DNA of 64,000 nucleotides from an uncultured Bacteroidales bacterium (GTDB lineage: Bacteria > Bacteroidota > Bacteroidia > Bacteroidales > CAYTAU01): the NCBI GenBank assembly GCA_964435855.1, contig CAYTAU010000001.1:6633-70632 (forward strand). The letters run 5' to 3'. Position 1 is the stretch's first letter. The number at the start of each line of letters is the position of its first letter. The position numbers and the translations under genes were made by a program. Below the pieces are notes generated by a model. The model was not told the DNA's origin, did no database searches, and saw only the letters and a list, made by a program, of their open reading frames with translations. Positions 57,239 to 64,000 of this stretch are shown here, one piece after another.

Positions 57239-59386
57239 CTAAAACTCATAAACAAATGCTCCGTCTTGCAAAACATTCATATAATCAACATTGTGTGTTT
57301 CGCATTCATCAATCCAATTATCTACTATCCAATTAGAATTTGACGAATCGATAATTAGCAATTTAAAATCAAAGAGTTTAACAATATCTTCAATTTTTAC
57401 TTTTACATTTTTTGACAGAACTATAAAATCAATGTCAAGTTTTTTCTCTGATTTTTTATTAAGATATTTATCATTATCGATAAATAATATGCTTTTATCG
57501 TAAAATTTATAAAAAGAATTTTTATTAAAAACCCTTTGATTATCGCTTACAAACAAATTTGTGAAAAGAAACTGCTTGTTTGATCTGTTAAGGTCAATTA
57601 TTTTTTCATTGTCAAGTCCCAGTTTCAACCAATTGTTTTTTACCGAATACATAAGCTGACTTGGGTTCTCTTTTACAACAATATCGCTGTAAAGTATATT
57701 ATCGTTGCCATCAATAAAATTGAATGCCGTATTGCCTCTAATATTATAAACAATAAATTGGCGCTGTTTTATAGAATCTAAATTATTGTAAATATTAATA
57801 GCAAAAAATAAAACTATTGATACAAGAGCAAACTGTAAAATTCTTACACGTTTATACAAAAAGTAAAAAGCTATTAATAAAAATATGGCATAAAGTATAA
57901 GTGTTTCGGGCATATTAATTGAAATATCATTTGTGGTTGAATATGGCAATTGTTCGATATAGTTTATCGAAAAATTTAATCCTTTAATTATAAGCGAAAG
58001 AATATAGGCAAGAAAAGATGATATTGCCGGAATAAAAGAAGTAACAAGCACAGCCATACCCATGCAAAGAATAATTGTGGCAGCAGGAATAACAATAAAA
58101 TTTGTGATAAAGAAATAGTTTGGAAACTGATGAAAATAATAAATGGCAATTGGAGCAGTACCCAGTTGGGCGGCAATAGAAACAGTAAATAATGCCCAGG
58201 CTTTATCAAATAATTTATATTTGAACGATATCCATTTATACATCTTAGGCTGAAAAAATACAATTGCAAGTACAGCCAGATAGCTCAATTGAAAACCTAC
58301 TTCCATAATAATATACGGATTAATTAAAACAAGCAAAAAAGCAGAAGCAGCAAGTGTATTGTAGATGTTTGTTTTTCGGTTAAAAGTTTTGGCAACAATA
58401 ATAAACGAAAACATTGTAGATGCCCGCAAAACCGAAGGTGATAAACCGGTAATATATGCATAAAACCATAAAACAAGCAGCAACAAAATAGTTTTAAATA
58501 TTCTGCTGTATTTATTTTTATCTAAAAAGAAAAGCAGTGAACTAAATATTAAATAAATAATACCAACATGCAGCCCCGACACAGCCAAAACATGCATTGC
58601 TCCCGCCGATGAATACGACCTTTTTATTTCTTCGTTAAGTTTGTCCTTATAACCCAGTGTTAATGCTGAAGCAATTGAAAGTTCGTCTCCTGTAATACCG
58701 TTTTCTTCATAAATACTTATAAGCCTATTTCTTATTTTATCGGCATAGTATTGTATAAAATTGCCCTTATCGCTTTTTATTAGTGTCCAGCTATCCGATT
58801 TTAAATATGCCTGTTTTGATATAAGATGAAAAAACAAATATTTTTTATAATTAAATTCATGAGGATTATTTGTACTTTGAATATCATTTAGATTTGGTTC
58901 AAAAGCTATTCTGTCTCCAATTTCAAGATTTTTTGAAATACTATCTTTTTCAAAATAAATTATTGCTTTGCCCGATGTTTCTAACCAATCATTATTATTT
59001 TTTATTGCAAAAACTTCTACAACAGCTTTAATTGAATTGGGTTTTTCTGATACGGGTTCAACAATATTTGCAACTATTACTCCATTTATGTTAGTAGTAT
59101 CAACATTAAGTATTTTTGTTTGTTGATACTGTGTAATAACAATTCCCGAAAAACACAGAAAAATATTTACCAATAGACCAAATATCCAGCTTCGTTTGTA
59201 CGATGAACCAATATTCTTTATCAATAAAAAGGCAAATATTAAAATAAAAGAAATTGCTACTGTATATAAAATAAAAGTTGGCTGAAAATTGAGTTTTATT
59301 TGCAGAATAATACCAAGTAAGAAAGGGGCAAAGAATCTTACAAAAGGAATTTTTCTTATTGATTCAAATAGAGTAAACACAATCAT
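57239..59386 (-). CDS. comEC: ComEC/Rec2 family competence membrane protein
   Basis: 715 aa. It has an N-terminal OB-like DUF4131 region then a polytopic competence domain (AGAMHVLAVSGLHVGI). No metallo-beta-lactamase HxHxDH motif was seen in the C-terminal part. Confidence 0.85.
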   Translation of the reverse strand: MIVFTLFESIRKIPFVRFFAPFLLGIILQIKLNFQPTFILYTVAISFILIFAFLLIKNIGSSYKRSWIFGLLVNIFLCFSGIVITQYQQTKILNVDTTNINGVIVANIVEPVSEKPNSIKAVVEVFAIKNNNDWLETSGKAIIYFEKDSISKNLEIGDRIAFEPNLNDIQSTNNPHEFNYKKYLFFHLISKQAYLKSDSWTLIKSDKGNFIQYYADKIRNRLISIYEENGITGDELSIASALTLGYKDKLNEEIKRSYSSAGAMHVLAVSGLHVGIIYLIFSSLLFFLDKNKYSRIFKTILLLLVLWFYAYITGLSPSVLRASTMFSFIIVAKTFNRKTNIYNTLAASAFLLVLINPYIIMEVGFQLSYLAVLAIVFFQPKMYKWISFKYKLFDKAWALFTVSIAAQLGTAPIAIYYFHQFPNYFFITNFIVIPAATIILCMGMAVLVTSFIPAISSFLAYILSLIIKGLNFSINYIEQLPYSTTNDISINMPETLILYAIFLLIAFYFLYKRVRILQFALVSIVLFFAINIYNNLDSIKQRQFIVYNIRGNTAFNFIDGNDNILYSDIVVKENPSQLMYSVKNNWLKLGLDNEKIIDLNRSNKQFLFTNLFVSDNQRVFNKNSFYKFYDKSILFIDNDKYLNKKSEKKLDIDFIVLSKNVKVKIEDIVKLFDFKLLIIDSSNSNWIVDNWIDECETHNVDYMNVLQDGAFVYEF

Positions 59387-59502
59387 TTATAAAAAAATTT
59401 GAAATTAATTATTAAAGAATTATTATCAAAATATTTTGAACTCAATATTTTTTAAATTTCACTATACAATTAAAAATTTATACTAGCTTATTTTTATATT
59501 TC

Positions 59503-59621
59503 GCCCACTACGGGGCTCTGATTTAATATTAATCGTTTTACTACAAATATATCGCCTCTAACGAGGCTTTAAAAATGCCTTTGAAACATCAATACTACCA
59601 AAATTTCATCCCTAACGGGAT
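59503..59621 (+). repeat. Three ~50-nt-spaced hairpin units with compensatory stem changes
   Basis: tatatttc-GCCC-actac-GGGGC is at 59503. atatatc-GCCTC-taac-GAGGC is at 59554. aaatttc-ATCCC-taac-GGGAT is at 59608. The A/T-rich lead-ins and the loops are similar, but the stems differ. Confidence 0.7.
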
Positions 59622-59648
59622 TTCAAAAAAAGCAAACAATTGTCTATT

Positions 59649-59773
59649 CAGTTGCCCCGTCCTTTAGGACGGGGTATAGATTTAAGCAACACCCAACTCT
59701 GCGAAATTTTGAAAATTTCGCAGAGGGCGTCGTGAGTTTATCCTTGTCCACGCCTTAAAAGGCGTGGCTACTG
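59649..59773 (+). repeat. Three-hairpin element, copy A (upstream of tyrS)
   Basis: The outer arms are cagttgcc...ggctactg. Hairpin 1 is ccccgtcc-ttta-ggacgggg. Hairpin 2 is ctctgcgaaatttt-g-aaaatttcgcagag. Hairpin 3 is ccacgcc-ttaaaa-ggcgtgg. Confidence 0.8.
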
Positions 59774-59875
59774 ACTTTTTCATATTACTCAAATTTCTGA
59801 AATATATTTAAACTTACGATTTCATATTTCGTACTTTTTTTTTCTTTATTATCTTTACCAAAAAAAAACTGAGAA

Positions 59876-61168
59876 ATGAATTTTATAAAAGACCTGAAAT
59901 GGCGTGATATGATACACGATATCAAGCCCGGAACAGAAGAGCAACTTGAAAAAGAAATGACATCGGCATATATAGGCTTTGATCCAAGCTCCGATTCGTT
60001 GCATGTTGGCAGTTTTGCACAAATAATGTTGCTAAAAAGATTTCAGATGGCTGGTCATAAACCAATAGTCTTAATTGGCGGAGCCACAGGTATGATAGGT
60101 GATCCATCTGGGAAATCAGCAGAACGTAATTTATTAGATGAAAAAACACTAAATAAAAACCTTGAGGGAATAAAAAATCAGCTTTCAAAATTTTTAGATT
60201 TTAATACTTCAATACCAAACCATGCCGAAATTGTAAATAATTACGACTGGATGAAAGAATACAATTTTCTTAGTTTTATTCGCGATATAGGTAAACATAT
60301 TACAGTAAATTATATGATGGCAAAAGATTCTGTAAAAAAACGACTTGGAGCAGAATCGAAAACAGGTATGTCGTTTACGGAATTTTCATATCAGCTTGTG
60401 CAGGGCTATGATTTTTACTGGTTGTATAAAAACAAAAACTGTAAACTGCAAATGGGCGGTTCTGACCAATGGGGCAATATTTTAACAGGTACAGAATTAA
60501 TAAGACGTAAAGATCAGGGAGAAGCTTTTGCGCTTACAATACCTCTAATTACCAAAGCCGATGGTGGTAAATTTGGCAAAACAGAAGAAGGCAATATATG
60601 GTTAGACCCAAAATATACATCACCGTATAAATTTTATCAATTTTGGGTAAACGTAAGTGATGAAGATGCAGAAAAATATATCAAAGTTTTCACATTGCTT
60701 AATAAAGATGAAATTGCAAATTTGGTAAAAGAGCATAAAGAAACACCACATTTGCGTCCACTGCAAAAACGATTGGCAAAAGAAATTACCACAATGGTAC
60801 ATTCTGTTAATGATTATAATATGGCTGTTGATGCATCTAATATTTTATTCGGCAAAGCAACTTCCGAAACTTTAAGAAAAATTGATGAACAAACATTTTT
60901 GTCGGTTTTTGAGGGAGTGCCAAACTCCGATATTTCAAAAAGCGAACTAAAAGCAGGTATTAATATTATTGATATTCTAGCATCGAAAACAGAATTTTTA
61001 AAATCGAACGGAGAAGCACGACGTGCATTAAAAGAAAATTCTATAAGTATTAATAAAGAAAAAATATCTGATGCCGAAGCAACAATTGATAATAGTTTTC
61101 TTATTAATGAGAAATATATTTTATTGCAAAAAGGAAAGAAAAATTATTTTCTTGTTAAAGTAATTTAG
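59876..61168 (+). CDS. tyrS: Tyrosine--tRNA ligase
   Basis: 430 aa. It has the HIGH-type motif [13 protein letters not shown], the KMSKS-type motif KFGKT, and a C-terminal S4-like domain. Confidence 0.95.
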   Translation: MNFIKDLKWRDMIHDIKPGTEEQLEKEMTSAYIGFDPSSDSLHVGSFAQIMLLKRFQMAGHKPIVLIGGATGMIGDPSGKSAERNLLDEKTLNKNLEGIKNQLSKFLDFNTSIPNHAEIVNNYDWMKEYNFLSFIRDIGKHITVNYMMAKDSVKKRLGAESKTGMSFTEFSYQLVQGYDFYWLYKNKNCKLQMGGSDQWGNILTGTELIRRKDQGEAFALTIPLITKADGGKFGKTEEGNIWLDPKYTSPYKFYQFWVNVSDEDAEKYIKVFTLLNKDEIANLVKEHKETPHLRPLQKRLAKEITTMVHSVNDYNMAVDASNILFGKATSETLRKIDEQTFLSVFEGVPNSDISKSELKAGINIIDILASKTEFLKSNGEARRALKENSISINKEKISDAEATIDNSFLINEKYILLQKGKKNYFLVKVI

Positions 61169-61209
61169 TAAAACCCTGAGTTCGGCAGAATAAACATGGA
61201 AATGCATAT

Positions 61210-61360
61210 CAGTTGCCCCGTCCTTCAGGTCGGGGATAATGAATATCCCTTTTTTACACTTGCAAAATTTGTGAAAATTTAAAATTTTTAAATTTTCACA
61301 AATTTTGCAAGGGAGTGGTTGATTACTTTTAATCCCCCGCCTTAAAAGGCGAGACAACTG
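61210..61360 (+). repeat. Three-hairpin element, copy B (downstream of tyrS)
   Basis: The outer arms are cagttgcc...gacaactg. Hairpin 1 is ccccgtcc-ttca-ggtcgggg. Hairpin 2 is a longer, different-sequence perfect palindrome, cttgcaaaatttgtgaaaattt...aaattttcacaaattttgcaag. Hairpin 3 is cccgcc-ttaaaa-ggcgag. Confidence 0.8.
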
Positions 61361-61471
61361 ATTCCCTGATGTTTGACACAAACTCTTATGTCGAACTCAT
61401 ATTAAAAGCAATTTAGCAATGTAACAATTTATTTAGGGAATTATCTCGGGAATGTTTAATATAAAATCGGT

Positions 61472-62938
61472 TTAATCCTTATCGTATTTAATTATTTGGT
61501 ATAATGCTTTAAGACTTATTAGTCGGATACCGAATGCTATAATCATTGAAATAAATATCATTAGAGCTATTCCTATTCTCCAATCCTGAATATTTTCGGT
61601 AACAATAAATCCTAATCCTATAATACCACCAATATAAATAAATAATAATAAAAGGTATCTGTAGTTGATTTTTAATTTAAATATTCCAACAGCAATTATA
61701 ACTTGTGCCAAAGCTGTTAATGCCTGAGTTATAAGACTCGCAATAGCAGAACCATAAGCTCCGTGCATTGGTATTAAAATAAAATTTAATATAATATTAA
61801 TAGCCATCCCAGATGCTGCCATAATATTAAGGTGCTTTAAACTGCCATTTGCAGTAAGAAGAGTTCCAAAAATGTAAGTAGTAGAAATCGAGATAAAGCC
61901 AATTATAAGTAAACTAAATATTTTCGACGAAGCATTAACGTGTTCAAGATAAAGCAAGTCCATAATTTCATAACTGTAGAATAAACATGCAATAGCACCC
62001 GCAAGTGCGGGGACAATAATTAAAGAGTATGATAACTTTAATAATTTCTGAATAGACTCTTTTTGTTTTATCATTTTTGCAAACATTGGCAAAAGCAAAG
62101 CACCAAAAAGCAAAGCAAAATTAGATGCCGCATCTAGAATTCTAAATCCTTGAGCATAAATTCCTGCTTGTACTTTCCCATACAAAACAGCATCAGGGTC
62201 ATCTGGCAATAATCTTTCTATCATTACAGAATCTATACGATAATAAAACGACATTAATAAAATAAGCAATGCAAAAGGAAAGCTCTTTTTTAATATTGCA
62301 ATAAAAAATGTTCTATCGTAATTTAATTTCAAAAATTCTGTTTTTGATAAAACCACAAAAAATGCAGTTAGGGCAGCAAGCAAATATGCAAGAGTTTGTG
62401 CATATACAAACCATTCTATCTGAAATGGAGTATCTGTTACATTTCCCCATAGCAGAACACCACATATAATAATCATAAGGGTGCGATCAAGTACAGAAAT
62501 TATGCTATCGGTACGAAAAAACTGTAAGCCACTAATATTTGACCTTAAATAAAGTACAAATGAAGATAAGAATTGGTTAAATAAAAGTATTAAAAGAAAT
62601 TTTATTTCGTGCCAACCCCAACCAATTGCCATTGCAGCAATAATAGCAATAGTAAAATAAACAAGAGCAAGTATGAATTTCAATACTATTAGACTTGAAA
62701 CATATTTGCTTATTAATTGATGATTTTGGGCAATATTTCTGTTGTTGTAATTAGTTATGCCAATATCCAACAAAATATTTAACATTACTGAGAAACCAAA
62801 AAGCGAGAAATAAAAACCATAGTTTTCAGCTCCAACTGCATTCTGTACACTTACTTCAATTCCAAATATCCAAAAAGGCTTAACTAATAGGTTTAAAAGT
62901 AAGACTAATGCTAAATTTGTTATAAATTTTCTATTCAA
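61472..62938 (-). CDS. Oligosaccharide/polysaccharide flippase (Wzx/MOP superfamily)
   Basis: 488 aa with about 14 TM segments in a MOP-type layout. Confidence 0.75.
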   Translation of the reverse strand: MNRKFITNLALVLLLNLLVKPFWIFGIEVSVQNAVGAENYGFYFSLFGFSVMLNILLDIGITNYNNRNIAQNHQLISKYVSSLIVLKFILALVYFTIAIIAAMAIGWGWHEIKFLLILLFNQFLSSFVLYLRSNISGLQFFRTDSIISVLDRTLMIIICGVLLWGNVTDTPFQIEWFVYAQTLAYLLAALTAFFVVLSKTEFLKLNYDRTFFIAILKKSFPFALLILLMSFYYRIDSVMIERLLPDDPDAVLYGKVQAGIYAQGFRILDAASNFALLFGALLLPMFAKMIKQKESIQKLLKLSYSLIIVPALAGAIACLFYSYEIMDLLYLEHVNASSKIFSLLIIGFISISTTYIFGTLLTANGSLKHLNIMAASGMAINIILNFILIPMHGAYGSAIASLITQALTALAQVIIAVGIFKLKINYRYLLLLFIYIGGIIGLGFIVTENIQDWRIGIALMIFISMIIAFGIRLISLKALYQIIKYDKD

Positions 62939-63088
62939 ATCTAATTATGTTTACAAAGAGCAAAAATAAAAAAGTTAATTAAAATTACTTAACAATTACA
63001 TAAATAAGACTAATAAAAGAGATAAAAGGTTGTATATATTTTTTGTAAGAAAAAATTTTTATATTTTTGACGCTGAAAAATCACAGGA

Positions 63089-64000
63089 ATGAGCGATAAT
63101 ATTAAATTTAATTTTGATTCCCCAGATCTTTTAACTTTTATTTTTAAAAGAAAAAAGCCATTAATAATACTTACTATTACTGCTTTTCTTATTTCTGCTA
63201 TTACTGCTTTTTTTATTATTAATCCTAAATTCAAATCAACTGTAGTTATTTTCCCTACATCTTCAAGTTCTGTTTCTCATGAACTATTAACAAGTAATCT
63301 TTATGAAAAAAACATCTTAAAATTTGGTGAAGAAGAAGAAGTGGAACAATTATTACAAATACTTAGTTCTGATGATATAAGAAATAAAATTATTAATAAA
63401 TATAATTTATTTAAACATTATCTTATTGATAAAAATTCACGTTATCCTAATACAAATCTTAACAATAAGTATAAAAATAATGTTAAGTTTACTAAAACAA
63501 AGTATTTATCGATAGAGATAGACGTACTTGATGAAGATCCTCAAATGGCTGCTGATATTGCTAATGATATTGTAATATATCTTGATACAATTATTAATAA
63601 AATGCAAAAAGAGCGAGCTATTCAGGCATTGAAAATTGTTGAAAAAGAATATTTCTTTTTAAAAAACCATATTAAATTTTTACAAGATTCAATGTTACAA
63701 ATCAGAAGACTGGGGATTTTTGATTATGAATCACAATCAGAAGTTTTTAATGATGCTTATGCAACCGCATTAGCATCAGGAAGGTTGGTCGGTATAAAAA
63801 ACTTAGAAGATAAATTAGCAATATTAGCTGAATATGGTGGAGCATACACTTCAATACGTGATTTATTAGAATATGAGATTAAAAAATTAAGTATTTTAGA
63901 ATCAAAGTATCAAGAAGCAAAAGTTGATTCGGAACTTGATCTTCCACACAAATTTGTTGTAAATCATGCGGAAAAATCTGAAAGAAAAGCATATCCAATA
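63089..64000 (+). CDS. Wzz/GumC-like polysaccharide chain-length-determinant protein, N-terminal part (runs off the right edge)
   Basis: Absent from the ORF track. An ATG at 63089 opens a frame for 304 codons to the window end. It reads MSDNIKFNFDSPDLLTFIFKRKKPLIILTITAFLISAITAFFII (Wzz-type N-terminal TM), followed by a long coiled region (...MQKERAIQALKIVEKEYFFLKNHIKFLQDS...). Confidence 0.65.
   Translation, partial: MSDNIKFNFDSPDLLTFIFKRKKPLIILTITAFLISAITAFFIINPKFKSTVVIFPTSSSSVSHELLTSNLYEKNILKFGEEEEVEQLLQILSSDDIRNKIINKYNLFKHYLIDKNSRYPNTNLNNKYKNNVKFTKTKYLSIEIDVLDEDPQMAADIANDIVIYLDTIINKMQKERAIQALKIVEKEYFFLKNHIKFLQDSMLQIRRLGIFDYESQSEVFNDAYATALASGRLVGIKNLEDKLAILAEYGGAYTSIRDLLEYEIKKLSILESKYQEAKVDSELDLPHKFVVNHAEKSERKAYPI

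Noticed and set aside
59503-59773. Possible CRISPR-like array (regularly spaced hairpin repeats)
   Set aside because: The repeat units are not sequence-identical, and only the lead-in and loop are similar. The spacing is irregular (42-54 nt), there are only a few units, and no cas genes or leader-like region are nearby.
59774-59875. T-box or other aminoacyl-tRNA-synthetase leader upstream of tyrS
   Set aside because: I could find no T-box consensus, specifier-loop or antiterminator pattern. T-box leaders are not a feature I would expect in Bacteroidota. The structured DNA upstream is better explained as a copy of the repeat that also occurs downstream of tyrS.
61121-61381. 86-aa minus-strand ORF spanning the tyrS 3' end and repeat copy B
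   Set aside because: It overlaps the tyrS coding end and consists largely of the palindromic repeat element. The repeat structure explains the open frame.
63010-63234. 74-aa minus-strand ORF
   Set aside because: It overlaps the start of the much longer plus-strand Wzz-like frame (63089 to the window end), which has a convincing N-terminal TM and coiled-coil layout.

Overview
AT-rich segment (about 30% GC by eye) that looks like Bacteroidota chromosome. Three large secreted proteins carry T9SS C-terminal sorting domains, a complete Na+-NQR operon (nqrABCDEF) is present, TAnnTTTG-type -7 boxes occur, and there are no Shine-Dalgarno sequences. I support about 57 protein genes and one tRNA-Ala(GGC). 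Two of the genes are truncated at the window edges and are missing from the supplied ORF track: atpB at 1..647(-) and a Wzz-like gene at 63089..64000(+). Most genes are housekeeping: panCD, dusB, yidD, recG, rpiB, tyrS, rpmE2, comEC, nqr and an acyl-CoA dehydrogenase. I found no CRISPR array, cas genes, transposase, integrase, phage genes or recognisable defence genes. The accessory or unexplained content is as follows. (1) A nine-gene same-strand envelope cluster at 9238..19398 is built around an exosortase fused to an EpsI-like domain, with one polytopic VIT-domain protein ending in a VPEP-CTERM signal; CreD, DgkA, DUF1361, DUF4153 and a small wHTH regulator sit alongside. This is my best candidate for an uncharacterised system. 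(2) Several families of structured intergenic elements occur. A 71-nt element lies in the same transcriptional orientation 20-21 nt upstream of the next start codon in two unrelated operons. Two copies of a three-hairpin element bracket tyrS. A roughly 50-nt-period row of hairpins shows compensatory stem changes. Heptad tracts begin right after two stop codons. (3) A 2.7-kb segment is bracketed by a perfect 35-nt direct repeat, and next to it lies a very AT-rich stretch with a tightly coupled orphan two-gene module at 51744..52775. (4) A DsrE-like/TusE/DUF1641/SQR-like sulfur operon is divergent from an Fnr-like regulator, with two TGAT-N4-ATCA boxes between them. All functional calls rest on motif recognition by eye, because no searches could be run.
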